DNA from: Epiperipatus broadwayi | Lineage: Eukaryota > Animalia > Onychophora | DNA: 64,000 nucleotides | Reading direction: 5' to 3' | Assembly (NCBI GenBank): GCA_028023455.1 | Contig: JAQFVV010000009.1 | Span: 8,494,001 to 8,558,000 of the forward strand | In this document: positions 12,975 through 25,860 of the stretch, piece by piece | Numbering within the stretch: position 1 is the stretch's first letter | How the letters are laid out: each line of letters begins with the position of its first letter | Program-made: the position numbers and the translations under genes | The notes under the pieces: generated by a model | What the model saw: only the letters and a program-made list of their open reading frames with translations | Told to the model about the DNA's origin: nothing | Database searches by the model: none

Positions 12975-13196
12975 AGGTGGGTGCTGGAGGGTTGCATTAG
13001 ATCCTAAGATCTAGGTGCAGTGCTCTCAGATCCAAAGCTCCTCACTGACGATGGTCACAAACCAGAAACTAGTCTGGGGATATTGGATGAGTAGGCATTA
13101 GATAAGGATTTTATGCACAAGCCTTCTGGCATTCATTGATTACTCTGGTTGGCACAGGGTGGCAATACTGTATAGAGAGTTTTGCTTTGTTTATAA
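12975..13196 (+). mobile_element. Hammerhead-family repeat, copy 3 (unrearranged, contains the intact ribozyme motif)
   Basis: Reverse complement of the bodies of copies 1 and 2. Ends GAGAGTTTTGCTTTGTTTATAA without the longer tail. Confidence 0.8.
13030..13088 (+). ncRNA. Minimal type I hammerhead ribozyme
   Basis: Stem I TCCTCA (13039-44)/TGGGGA (13075-80); core CTGACGA (13045-51); stem II TGGT-cacaa-ACCA; GAAA (13065-68); palindromic ACTAGT stem III; GTC cleavage triplet ending 13074; outer helix ATCCAA/TTGGAT. Confidence 0.8.
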
Positions 13197-13319
13197 TTTA
13201 AATATATTTTGTTTATTCTCTAAAGTTGTCTATACTGTTATTAGAGGCCATAAGATAATATAGTTTGAAATATTCTATAAGAATTGCCCCTTTTGTTTAT
13301 CAATATAGGCATATTAAAT

Positions 13320-13490
13320 TTTTTAATTTAGCTTTAAAAGTTTCCCCCACCCCTCATGTGTCATAGCATCAGCCGGGAAACGAACCTGCTAACCCGGGGC
13401 AACTACTTGTAAAGCAGCTGTCATTGACCTGATGCTATGACACATGAGGGGAAAAAAAATAAAAAAAAACTTTTAAAGCTAAATTAAAAA
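13320..13490. repeat. 170-bp interrupted palindrome around a tRNA-like core
   Basis: 24-bp outer arms TTTTTAATTTAGCTTTAAAAGTTT / AAACTTTTAAAGCTAAATTAAAAA. 23-bp inner arms CCCCTCATGTGTCATAGCATCAG / CTGATGCTATGACACATGAGGGG. The loop has a B-box-like GGTTCGTTTCCC on the minus strand. Confidence 0.75.
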
Positions 13491-14589
13491 GGTATATTAA
13501 AGACTGTATAAATAATTATATAATTAATTACTTTTGTGGCAATAAGACTGACATATAAATATTGTTTAGTAGAAGAAAACTTCTAGCAATATGTGACAGT
13601 CTTTTATTGCTGTTAGCTTAGATAAGCACTTTATGCAATAAAAATTTATTTTCAAATGAATTACTTCAATTCAAAAATGCACTTGATGTTCTAACTTATA
13701 TTCATGAAAATGATTTGTCTATTTCATATCCAAATTTGAGCATATCATGAAAGATCATTTTCGAAAATAAAAATTATAAAAATATTGACTGGTAAATTTG
13801 TAAGTGATAGCTATAGAGAATGATGTATGCAATACTTTAAGTATTGATGATATTGCATCTAAATTTAGTTCTGTAAAAGGCTAGGAAAGTAAATGTATAA
13901 TAATGTAATAGTAATTTTTTTCATTGTTACCTTTAAAAAATGTATATAAAATCATGTAGAATTTTTTTATTTTTAAGGGGTGGGACACCAATTACTGTTT
14001 TGCATAAGGACACTGACAATCCTCCCACTGACTTTATTCATAACAGTATTTAATCAAATTGATAGAATATGCCTGGAAAGTGGCAGAAGGGGATAATAAA
14101 TCTTGCCCATAGTTTCAGGAAATAATTTATAAAATGCATACAGGAAAAAGTTGATTCCTCTATTTGAAAATGATAAAAAAGAATTTGGTTTCTTCTTATT
14201 TTTACAATAAAATATTAAAAGTTGAATCAATGAGGTTTTGGTTATGACTTAAAGATCTTAAAATGTGAATTAAATAAGGTTTGAACATTTGTGGTAAATA
14301 CATCTAGTGCATAATAGGTGATCGTTTGATTGTTGGTACAAGAAGTAAATTTGATGTTATACAAAAAATAACATGTCAATGTTTTATTAAACAAATCATA
14401 AGTTTAAATACAGATCTTGGAGGGATGAAAAAATATCAAAACCAAAAATTCCCCATGTTGAAAAGATTCAAAAAAAAGATATTATTATTATACATTGTTT
14501 ATATTCATAGTTTTCTAACTCATTTATAACAAAAAAAAGTGATTTAAAATACAAAAAACAGGCAACTAAAATTCACATTATTGTTAGTA

Positions 14590-14720
14590 ATTTTAAATTG
14601 GTTGCACAGATCCGTATTTGGTGCTATATTATTTTTGATTTCTATAAATGATATTTTTGATTTGCTTTTACACTCATATGGATTTGCTGATAATATTGTA
14701 AGTTCTTCTGATGCAATTTC
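14590..14720 (+). pseudogene. Short LINE RT relic (CR1/L2/jockey type)
   Basis: HRSVFGAILFLISINDI..YGFADN resembles the PQGSVLGPILFLIYINDL..FADD motifs. Confidence 0.5.
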
Positions 14721-14974
14721 ATATGATCTGCTTAACAGGCAATTAATCAGGTTTTGGTTTTAATTAATAATTAGCTTATGCTAAACTCTCTAAAAGTCAA
14801 TCATAATAAAATGAGAAGTATTTTTTTTAATAAAAAAATATATTTCAAATTCATTTAAAATCTTCATTTGTAGTAAATATCAGCTTGATGACATAGCATA
14901 CTTTTGGTATTATTATATATTTTCATTATTATTTTGGAGTATTTATTGATTCTAAGGCTGCAGAAAGGAGCTTG

Positions 14975-17900
14975 CTATTAATTGAAAGAACACTCTTTGA
15001 TTCCTCTTGGATGCCTTAAAGGAACCTAGCAGGGCAAATTCATAATGTCCATTCCATTGGTTCTTGTTATTGCAGCTGTGATTACTATGTGATTACTCAT
15101 ATAGTATACGAACATTGATGGGCTGCTCACCAACACACATTAGCCAGCGTAGTGAGTTTATTGGCTTTTTACCTCTGAGTTTACAATCAAAAAACACTAT
15201 GGTCTTTCTTCTCAGTTGCCTGATAAGGCAGAATAAATGTTTGTGTAAATGATAAATATTTTTCTAATATATATAATTATGACAGACAAAAATAAATCAT
15301 GGCCCTTATTCCCAGAAGGCTGTAAAGTCACCAACCAAGGCAGCGGTTGGTGGCTGAAGGCAGAGTGCTAAAAATCCCCTGATTGTGGACCCAGGCTGCC
15401 ATTTGATGACGACTTTTTATTTAGGTACTTACAATTGCAGATTGCAAGAATTAGAAAAAGAACAGTCTTATATTATATAAGACATTATTGGACTTTGTGA
15501 AGTTAAAAGAAAAGGTGAAGAGACAATTTATTTAAAGAGTGGACACATGCTCTATTATAAAGGTACAAATGTTGGAAATACAAGTGGAGTAGGATTTATT
15601 ACAAATAAAAAGTGAAAGAACAACATTGTGGAAATTGATGGTGTATCAGACAGAGTGGCAAGATTAGTTATACAACTTAATAGCAGATACCAAATGCAGA
15701 TAATTCAGATTTATGCCCCAACAAGTTCTCATAGTGATGAAGTAGTAGAAGATTTTTATATGGATGTACAAAAGGCTTTTGATCAGAGTAAACAACCTTT
15801 TAAAATTGTTATGGGAGACTTTAATGCTAGAATTGGTAAACAAATGAAAGATGAAAGTGCTATAGGTAATTATGGTTATGGTAATAGAAATGAGAGAGGA
15901 CATAGACTTGTGGAGTTTGCAGAAAAAGAAAAACTTTATATTATGAATTCTTTTTTTGAAATGTTAAAAGGAAATGTACATGGAAGCATCCAAATGAAGG
16001 TGCAGCAGAATTGGATTATACTTTAACTAACAGAAAATAAATATTTCAAGATTATAATGTTCTTAATAAATTTAACATGGGAAGTGATTATTGATTAGTA
16101 AGATGTAAGATACATGTTAATGCAAAACTAGAGACAAAAATTATTGAAAAAAACAACAATATTTACAGTTCATATTCCTAATCTTCAGAAACATTCTAAT
16201 GAATCGGTTTCAAGTATTAGTAGATTTTGAACATGATACAGATTTGAATGAAATTAATATGAAAATAACTGATACATTTTTAAAAACTGCAACAAACATA
16301 GGTGGTAGAAAAAAGCAGTAATTGACCAATAAAATTTCTACTGAGACTAGAGAATTTATGAAGAAAAGAAGGACTATAAAGATATACAAAAATGATGCAT
16401 TAAAAAGGATTGAATATCTCAAATTTTGTAAAATGGTGCGGAAAAGAGTTGAATATGATATAAGAAAGTATAACTGTGAACTAGCAAGGAAAGCAGTAGA
16501 AGAGAATAAAAGTTTCAAGAGTATAAAACAATATTTTGGTATTGGTAGGAAATTTATATCTGCAATAAGAAAAAAAGATGGAATTATACTAAAAAGAGAG
16601 ATGACATCATGAAATGGGTAAAACACTTTTATCAAGAATTATATAGTAATAAAGAAGAAGTACCTCCTATATCTATTACATCTTCCGAATTGCCCAGAAT
16701 TTTAAATGAAGAAGTGAGACATGCAATTAAATGTATGAAGAAAGGAAAGGCTTCAGGTAATGATGGAATTATAATTGATGTATTAAAAAAAAGCCAGAGA
16801 AGAATTAGAAAAAATATTAGCAAAGTTATATACGGAAATATCTAAATGACAAAGATGTACTAGATATTTGGAAGAATGCAGTATTAATATTAATATTTTA
16901 AAAAGGTGATAAAGAAGATATTAGAAATTACAGACCTATTAGCCTTTTATCAGTTTTATACAAAATTTTTACCAAGATAATTACAACTCGTCTACAGAGA
17001 ACATTGGATTTTCACCAACCAAGAGAACAAGCTGGATTTAAAAATAGTTTTACTACAGTAGATCATATCCAGGTATTGAGAGAAGTTATAGAAAGGACAA
17101 ATGAATATGAGTTGCCATTATGCTTTGGATTTGTAGATTATGAAAAGGCATTTGATTCCATAAACATTTCTTCAGTGATTAAAGCATTGAATCATCAAAG
17201 TATAGATCCAGGATATTGTCATATTTTAAAGAATATTTATAAAAATGCAACAGCAACAAACATAATGATATTAGGAAAGTTAACATTGAGATGGGTGTAA
17301 GACAGGGTGACTCCATATCTCCAAAACTTTTTACAGCAATGCTGCAAGAAGTATTTTATGGATTAAAATGGGAAGCTAAAGGAGTGAAAGTAAATGGAGA
17401 TTATTTAAGTCATTTAGATTTTGCAGATGATGTAGTTGTTTTTGCAAATAATACTTTAGAGCTGCAGGAAATGTTGCAGGAGTTATAAGATGAAAGTAGG
17501 AAAGTAGGACTAGAGATAAATGTTAAAAAGACTAAAATAAGGTTTAATGGATTTTCTCAAAATATGAAAATAAAGATTGATTATGATGAGTTAGAAGAAG
17601 TTAACAATTAAAACATGTTGGTCAGATTATTAATACAGATGGAAACATAATGGATGAAATTAATCATAGAATTAAACTTGTTTGGAGTGCTTTTGGTAAA
17701 AATAACTTGATACTAAAAGGAAATATGCCTATGTGTTCGAAAAGGAAGGTTTTTAATAAATGTGTTTTACCTGTTCTTATTTATGGATCTGAGACTTGGA
17801 CACTTAATAGAAGAGCAATACAGAGACTTCAGACCACTCATAGAAGTATAAAAACATGCATATTGGGAGTAACAAGAAGAGATCGAAAAAGCAATATATG

Positions 17901-18187
17901 GGTAAGAGAACAATCAGGGGTTACTGACCTCATTGAAAAAATTAAAAGACTGGAGTTGGGCTGGACATATTGCTAGAAGAGATGATAATAGATGGACAAT
18001 TGAAATCTTAAACTGGATTCCAAGAGATTGTAAAAGACCTAGAAAGAGATCACATGTGAGATGGATGTATGAAATAAGAAAGTGTGCAGGGTAATGTGGA
18101 GAAGAGAAGCTAAAGATCGGAGATGGATTGAACTTGGAGAGACCTTCATCCTACAGTGGAATGATAATGGTTGATGATGTGATGATG
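14975..18187 (+). mobile_element. Full-length but inactivated RTE-clade LINE (APE endonuclease + RT)
   Basis: Fragmented ORFs with QIYAPTS, VMGDFNARIG, REQAGF, GFVDYEKAFDS, GVRQGDSISPKLF, HLDFADD, VLPVLIYGSETW; TGA-rich tail at 18162-18187; many stops and frameshifts. Confidence 0.92.
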
Positions 18188-18189
18188 AA

Positions 18190-18720
18190 TTATAGGTTGA
18201 GAGATGTATATAAAACTATATGTGAAATTTGTAAAATGATTTACTTTGGTCATACAGGCAAACAATTAGAGGTAAGAGTCAAAGAACATAATAATGCAAT
18301 TAATAGAAGAGATGATAAATCTGCATTATACACTCATTACTTGAAATATGGGTATAGAATAGATGCTACAAAATGTATTAAATGTTTAAAAAAATCCAAA
18401 AAAAGACAAATATATGAAACATACTATATTAAAAATAATTTAAGTAATTGTATATTTATTTACAAGACTTTATAAATTTGGTTAATAATTGGTTAATTAA
18501 AAATGAATGGAAAATTATATAAATTGACATATATATAATTGTAAAAAGTACATGTAATTTATTTTATTTATTGTATTGTTATGATATATTCAATTATTTT
18601 GTAATATGCAGATTTTGATTTATTTATTTTTAATGATTTATATTATTTTTTTGTTTTAATTTCATTATTGAACACTAGATGGTTTTATATCTGAAATAGT
18701 TCATTAACGTAATAGATTAT
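18190..18720 (+). mobile_element. 3' end of a Penelope-like element: GIY-YIG endonuclease fragment and AT-rich 3' region
   Basis: YKTICEICKMIYFGHTGKQLEVRVKEHNNAI..SALYTH..RQIYETYYI matches the PLE GIY-YIG pattern. A decayed hammerhead-like string lies at 18674-18702. Confidence 0.75.
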
Positions 18721-21699
18721 TAACATTTGAAAAGGGCACCAAATCAAATTCTGAAAAAGGCTTTTTATGTATATTAAAAAAAATTGATATTTATATAGCT
18801 GTTGTAAAGAATTTATTATTTTCTGATTATTATTTTATGGAAGAATAGCATAAAGATATTTATTCTTTTCCAATTTCAATTATTACTATTGTTTTATACT
18901 ATAATAGACTAATCATTAAAGACATTTTGTCATTATCAGGTTATTTTGTAGTATTGAGACTGGATTGCATTAATATCAATATTAATGCTCTTATTAACTT
19001 CTAGTTATTCTAACTTGGGAAATTCTGGGTATAATTAAGATTTCTTATCTTTTACTTATGCATTAGAAAATACAGTTCACAATGAGGCAATTGGCAGAGT
19101 AGGTTAACAATAAATTCTTAGTTATGGATTCAAATGGAATTCTCCCATACCTACCATTTAAGCTATATTAACCTTTTCTCAGTTGCCATTTTATTGTGGG
19201 TACTTTTTATTACAGCACTAAAATTCTAATCTACATTGATTTGTAAATTCTAGAAAGGAAATATATTCTACTTTTTTTAGTCTATTGATGGTGCTTTTTT
19301 AAATTTTTTTCGTGTAATTCATATACTAATCGTTTTTACTATTTTGATTAAATTTTCAATCAATTTTCTATTAGATAACTTTGTTTGACTTTTTATTGAG
19401 TAATTTGATAATTTAAATTTATATCAGTTATGATTTCGGTAATTACTTTTTAAAACGATATCAATTAGTGAGAAGTTTAATATACTATTTACATTAAATT
19501 AAATCTCCAAGAGTCAAGAAGTGCACCAATTTAAATGAAAAAAAGTACATTCAAAGTTAATCCATATTTTGAAATTTCTTTGTAACCCCAATTAATATTT
19601 CTTTTTAATGTAAGAAGTAAACTAATTACAGAATTCAATTGAAATATTCTATTTTATTTAATCATAGTTAATCAATCATTTGTAGATTTTTTGTAGTTTT
19701 TTTTTAATCTGTATAGTTGGAATATTTTATCTATAGGTTTAAAACTTAAAAAATTTTATTTGCTGTATTACGACATTTGTTATTCTACTATATCACCTTA
19801 GCTGTCATCATTAATTTGTAACCAATACTTTGAAAAACAAATAGCTATTTACTGTAGCAATTTTTAAAAAATATGTACCATTTTTGTAAAAAATGTTTTT
19901 TTTTAATGTTAGCCAATTTATATTGCTGACATAATAGATACTGGCATTGTACAAGTAATATATCTTCTTCACAGAACAAATGGCAAGATTTACATCAAGA
20001 AAAAAAAAGCAAATTGTAATTTATTTCTAAATTAATAAAAACTGTGAGCATATACAATAAATTGAATCAAAGCAAAAATATGATCTACTTAAATTAAGTT
20101 TTATGTAATAATTAGATGACAATAAAATTGAAAACCAATATATCTTTTATCACAAAATATAAACATTCTTGCCAAAAAAAATATGAAGTTTTATTTATTA
20201 TATAATCAAAAATTATTCTGATTTTATGCACTGTATCAAAAATAATTTTATCTTAAACTATTTAGTACTCCTATAGTATATAATTCATGCTTTTAATTGA
20301 TCAGCATAATCTTAGTATTGAGTAAAATAAAAAATAAAATGTCTGCATTTATTTTTGCATTTATAAATAAGTATATATTAAATAACATATATTTATATTG
20401 CAATAAAAAATATTAAATAAAACAAAGCAAAAGGTAGTTTGTGTACAAAGTGTATATAAAATAAAAACAAGCAAAAGATTAACACTTAATAAACTTTTGT
20501 ACCAATATATTCAACAATAAATGTGGACATTTTATTTTTTATTAGCTCCAGTTTTACTATCAAGTTCCAATTTCAGTGATTTTTTTCTTTTTGTTTTACT
20601 TGCTGAAATGTAATTCAATTCAATGCTTTCATTTGATAGGTTTATATGAAATGAAAATAAGCAAAAAGTAGTCCATGCACAAAATGGATATTAAATTAAG
20701 GAAAGAAAAGAAACTTAAATCTATGGTAATGTCTTAAATAAAAGCAATAAACAAATCAGATACACACGTAAGGCTAAATAAACAATCATTTATTACAGCC
20801 TACAAATAAAAGTATTTAATCACTGAAATGAAAAATTAACACTATAAAATAAAATGTTCCCATTTACTGTTGAATTTATGGCTACAAAATTATGTTAAAT
20901 ATCAAGCGTTTGCATATTTTAATTTCATACATACTTTATGCATGGATTATCTATTATTTTCTTTTATTTAATACACATATTTTTTGCAGAGTATATTATT
21001 TTCATTTTATTTAATATATACTTGCACCATAAATTCAAGAATAAATGCAGATATTTTAATTTTATTGATTATTTTTACTTTCACTCAATTGTAAATCTAA
21101 TGTAGCTCCATCAATGTAGACTACACTATACAAGCAATCAACTATTCTTTATGGATGTAGGAAATAAAAATTACCTTCATTTTTTAATTTCACTTCATTC
21201 ACACAATATATAATGCAACAATTGCCATTTTTTCCAAGTCATAGTTTAAAAAAAAAAAAATTGCACCTCAACCCAGGAAAGTTAAGAATTTTTTTTTTTA
21301 AGATATGGAATAAAATAATGAAACATTTCATTAAAAATATTTACATATTTTTTAAAATATTATTTACTAATATTGAAAAAATAATTTTAATTAATGACTT
21401 TTATTCTTGAACTATCTCAACATCAGGCTAGTAGGCTATAATTTTTATATTTAAACCTGTAAAAAGACTCACATAATTTTCAATGTTTTGATTTAATTTT
21501 AATATAATTGACATTTGAAAATATTTAATCAAAGAAATATATCAAACAAAAAATTGAGAAAAATTCATATGAAAAAATTTCCAAATGTATATGCATGCCC
21601 TTATTTGATTTACATTTATTAGAAATCATTTAGAAACAATAGGACATTCAAATTCCAGTAAAAAAAAAAAAACATTGAAAAACAAAGCATAAAAAGATA

Positions 21700-22263
21700 A
21701 AGATGAGTTTTGCAATGACTATATAAATTAATTCATGAATCACAATTGAACATATTGATCTTTTAAACTGTTTGTTGACATTTTCTAAGACTGGTTTTTA
21801 ATTTCTTCAGTAGCAAACATTTATTTTTTGAAAGATTTCAATGCCTTGCCTAATAATTCTATCCAAAGACATATTCTTTTTACTGTTTCTTTGAAACTTT
21901 TTATAATAAATAGAATATGACTCTTCTCATGAAATTAATAGCACTGTGTACATTTAATTTAGTTGAGGTAGAAATATTAATATCATTAAATATCCTATTT
22001 TTAAAATTGTTAAATGCAGGAGCATAATATTAGAATCTATACTGCACTATCTATCTAAGTCTGTATCTAAAAGGCTATGGTATATTTAAATTGATTTTCA
22101 TTCACATGCTGATAACAATTCAAAAAAAAAAAAAAAGCTAAAGATATTTTTTTCCATCACTGACAGATAAAGCACCTGATTTATTGAAAATTAATTACTA
22201 CACCAAAATGCTTATATGTTTCAAATATTAAAAATATTAATTGCAAGAACATCATAATTATTA
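21700..22263 (+). pseudogene. Upstream part of a decayed hAT transposase split by the foldback unit (tentative)
   Basis: LKGYG at ~22067-22081 resembles hAT GQGYDG. Its distance to RHDAI (32341), after removing 22272-32244, is ~290 nt, as expected for hAT. Weak on its own; start approximate. Confidence 0.3.
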
Positions 22264-22276
22264 GAATTTTGAGTAC

Positions 22277-24013
22277 TCTAACCCGACCTGCTATGTGGCT
22301 GCTAGAGGCGCTGTTTCTGTGTTAGCACACAGAACATACAGGGTAGGTGCCTCAAAAGCAGATGACGCATTTTCCTGCTGCTAGGTGGCGCTGTTCACCA
22401 TGTGTACGCACAGGAACCTTCCACAAGCTAGCTGGCGCTGATTGCCATAAACACATCTAGCTTAGGTGTCATCTGCTATCAGAAACTACCAAGATTCTAG
22501 CCCACTACGTGGCGCTGTTTCTCCATGTTACACACAGTAAAAACAGCAACCTCTAAATGCCTCCTTGCTAGCGTTTATGAACATAGTACTTAAAGCATTC
22601 AGGGCCTATAAGGTACAGGGGTGAATAATTTATAAGTCATAACTATTTAAATATAGGGTCAAACGTAATAGTTTTACATTCTATTTCACCATTTCATGAA
22701 TCAATGTATTTTTAAATTATGACTTTGTAAAAAGCGATCTGTTTTTTTTAATTATTTACTCTAAAAGTGTTTTTTTTTAAAAAATAAATAAAACAAAAGG
22801 TAATTTTTATGACAATCTAAAAATCGGTCTGTTTTTTTTTTTTTTTTTTAAAAAAAGCTAATTCCTACGGCAGTATTTCTTTCAAAACTGTATTATTTTA
22901 AAAGATTATTGTTTGTAAAACTTTTTTTTTTACACTTTCAATTAATATTTTCAATAAATTTTAAAATAATACAAATTATATTTCGGTTTATAGATTACTA
23001 TTTCGAAAAATAAAGTGTTATTTGCGTGCTGGGTATACCGCGTGCTTGTTACTCGCAAGCAATATTTCGAAGATCTGTTTATCAAAACTTCCTTTCACAA
23101 TAATATTCAAGGCATAAATATTAATTGAAATTGTATTTAAAATTTTAGAATCATTTTAATAACTAAAAATGTCATATACTCACAACGAAATTTCAAAATA
23201 ATAAGTACCGTATGAGAAAGGTAAGATATTATACAGAGGCAGAAAAAAAAAAAAGATTTAGAGCAAAATATATATACATTTAATATCTTTATTGATGGTT
23301 GGAATTTAAAAAGTTTCTTTCAAAACTGATGCTCTTGTTAGGCTTGTATACTGTTAAAATTAAAACTATTAGTCCTCATAAATAATTTGGAAGACATTGC
23401 CTGTAAAAATTGGATGATCATTGAAAATTATATATGATCTTAATAGCCTAAAATTCAGAAGCCTGATAGTACTGTCTTTGCCAATGCACTGTTTCTTTCT
23501 TTCATTATTGATACATAAGTAGGAACAGGTAACCACATTTATTAAAAATCTTCCTTTACAGACACATAGGTATATTTCCTTTTAGTAGCAAGTTATTTCT
23601 ACCAAAAGCACTCCAACCAAGTTTAATTCTATGATTAATTTCATTCATTATGTTTCCATCTGTATTAATAATCTGACCAAGGTGTTTGTAAGTGTTAACT
23701 TCTTCTAACTCATCATAATCAATCTTTATTTTCATATTTTGAACAAATCCATTAAACATTACTTTAGTCTTTTTAACATTTATCTTTAGTCCTACTTTCA
23801 TCTGATAACTCCTGCAACATTTCCTGCAGCTCTGAAGCATAAGTTGTAAAAATAACTACATCATCTGCAAAATCTAAATGACTTAAATAATCTCCATTTA
23901 CTTTCACTCCTTTAGCTTCCCATTTTAATCCACAAAATATTTCTTGCAGCACTGCTGTAAAAACTTTTGGAGATATGGAATCACCCTGTCTTACACTCTT
24001 CTCAATGTTGACT
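22277..24013 (-). repeat. Left inverted arm (GC-rich terminal module + unique AT-rich DNA + RTE RT fragment)
   Basis: Reverse complement of 30454-32231 along its length, roughly 90-95% identical by eye. ORF 23556..23840 is the RTE fragment. Confidence 0.92.
22297..22517 (+). promoter_or_regulatory. Cluster of CTCF-like motifs in the left terminal module
   Basis: GCTAGAGGCGCTG (22301), GCTAGGTGGCGCTG (22380), GCTAGCTGGCGCTG (22427), CCACTACGTGGCGCTG (22502), compared with the CTCF core CYAGRKGGCGC. Confidence 0.45.
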
Positions 24014-25750
24014 AATAATCTTTGTTAAAAAATAAATTTACTGATAAAGATTTCATAAGAGTTTTCCAATTAGCTTCTAAAAGCTTATAACTAAATCCTC
24101 TAATTCATTCCCAGACAGAATTATTTAGACTGCAAGTGAGACTTTGTTAAGAGAAAGCAAAATTATGCTGGAAAATGAGACACCAACAATACAAATCTAA
24201 TATCATTTATGTTGAGAGAAAAATCTATTAAATCTTAAACTAGACAAATCTATAAGCATTCTTCCTGCTAACAAGAGCAATGTAACATTTGTAAATGGAT
24301 AATAGTAATTATAATACAATAAGAGCTTCTCCCAACAGAGCTAAAAGTCTCATACTAGCTATGAATCACAACTGTAAATATTATTCAGAAAGCATCCCTG
24401 ATCACAGCTATTTCAATGATTCAGAAAAAATTAGATTGACATATTTTGGCAAAAATTCCATATCTTTATGGTCATCTAAAATCAATAAAGGCCAGGTTCC
24501 ATTAAGATCTATTGTTAATTCTGAAAACTCACTACATCAAAAATTCTAATGTTCTTAGTCCTTTGGCATACAAGAGACAGTTCTGTGTTAGAGATTCTAA
24601 GAAAATTGTAGAATTAATCAACATGAAAAGTAAAAGAACTGACATATTGGTAAATTTTGATGTGAAAAACTTAATCACAAAAGTACTCTGTGATGAAGCA
24701 TTATCTAACGTAAAAAAAAAGATTAAATAACAATAGTAGTGTACAAACCAGAATAATTCTTCCAATTGATAGTTTAATTACACTTAACATTCTGCACAGC
24801 ATACTATTATTATATACTATAGAATTCTTCCAACAAAATCAAAAGATGCTTTTTGAATCCTTATTGCTATCTCTGATCAGCAATATTTACATGGAAGAAC
24901 TTGAAATTACAACCATAAATAAAATTCTATCTACAATTAAAGTCTGGCTTTTCTATGACCATATGGTAAAGCATTACTACAAACATTCTGGATACTATCA
25001 ATAATTATGTTCTTTTAATTAAATTCACAATAGAATTAAAACAAGAACAGACACTACAGTTCTTAATTTTCTTTTGACAAGATTCCCTCATAGCAAAATC
25101 AAAATTACAATCAACAGAAAACTGACACCCTCTAAGCAGAATAAAAATTCTTAATCAGAAACCAATAACTTGGAAAAAGAAAAATCATATAGCATAAACT
25201 CTCATGAAAAATACTTATCCATCAGCTATCATTATGAAATAGCCAACTAAAAGAAACACCATAAGAAAAAACAATTATAGGTATTAAAGCGTATCCATAG
25301 ATATTACAGCTAAACTAAAGAAAATCTGCGATCAGTATATTAAGATTCCTTTCCAAAGTCATAAGTGCCCTATGAAAAATTCTAACTTCTATAAAACACA
25401 AACTGCAAATATTGAAAAACAAAAACCGCATCTATGAAATACCACGTGAATTTGGAAGAACATATATGGCTGAAATCATCTGACTTATTTCAAAATATGT
25501 AATTAAAAGAGCAAAAAGTAATGATTAAAAAGAAAAACCAAATGCACCTAAAATACATTGGACAAAAAAAATAACGGGCAGAAAGTACAAGTAAAATTTG
25601 TATAAACCATTTACATTTATAATAGATAACTTCACAAATCAGTCTAATGTAAATAATTACTAATATTTCAAAACTACTCATTAACCTTGCCCTTAAAAAA
25701 ACTGGAGAAACCAAGAGAATCTTCATAGATAAATATATAAAATTTCTAGT
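24014..25750 (+). mobile_element. Decayed Penelope-like retroelement (RT + GIY-YIG)
   Basis: ILPANKSN..MDNSNY (PADKGN), SKINKGQVPLRSIVN (PKIHK..PLRPIV), VNFDVKNLITKV (FDV.SLFT), SNIYMEELE, IYEIPREFGRTY (GIY-YIG). Confidence 0.85.
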
Positions 25751-25764
25751 AACTTGATTTTTCA

Positions 25765-25860
25765 GAATAGCCTAATTAGTAAGAGCAAGCATTACCTTAA
25801 ATTCACAAAACTAAAAATCCAAGGTTCAATTTCCATGCCAGTACTGTTACTGGTAAGGCC
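25765..25860 (+). mobile_element. tRNA-derived SINE head (tentative)
   Basis: A-box-like TAGCCTAATTAG and B-box-like GGTTCAATTTCC. The same AGAATAGCCTAATTAG string recurs near 62197. Confidence 0.35.

Larger units (their letters stand above)
10865..14010 (+). mobile_element. Decayed hAT DNA transposon with nested insertions
   Basis: 13690-13890 gives YPNLSI..ERSFSKIKIIK..IENDVCNTLSIDDIASKFSSVK(ARK) across frameshifts and deletions, matching the hAT C-terminal dimerisation region. CAGGGCC-type start at 10865. Boundaries uncertain. Confidence 0.55.

Noticed and set aside
18128-18475. ORF suggesting an RTE/GIY-YIG fusion protein
   Set aside because: It reads through the RTE non-coding TGA tail into a separate PLE fragment; this is juxtaposition of two dead elements.
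22277-22290. piggyBac-like (T/C)TAACCC termini
   Set aside because: CTAA/TTAG is part of the inverted arm, not a direct TTAA TSD.
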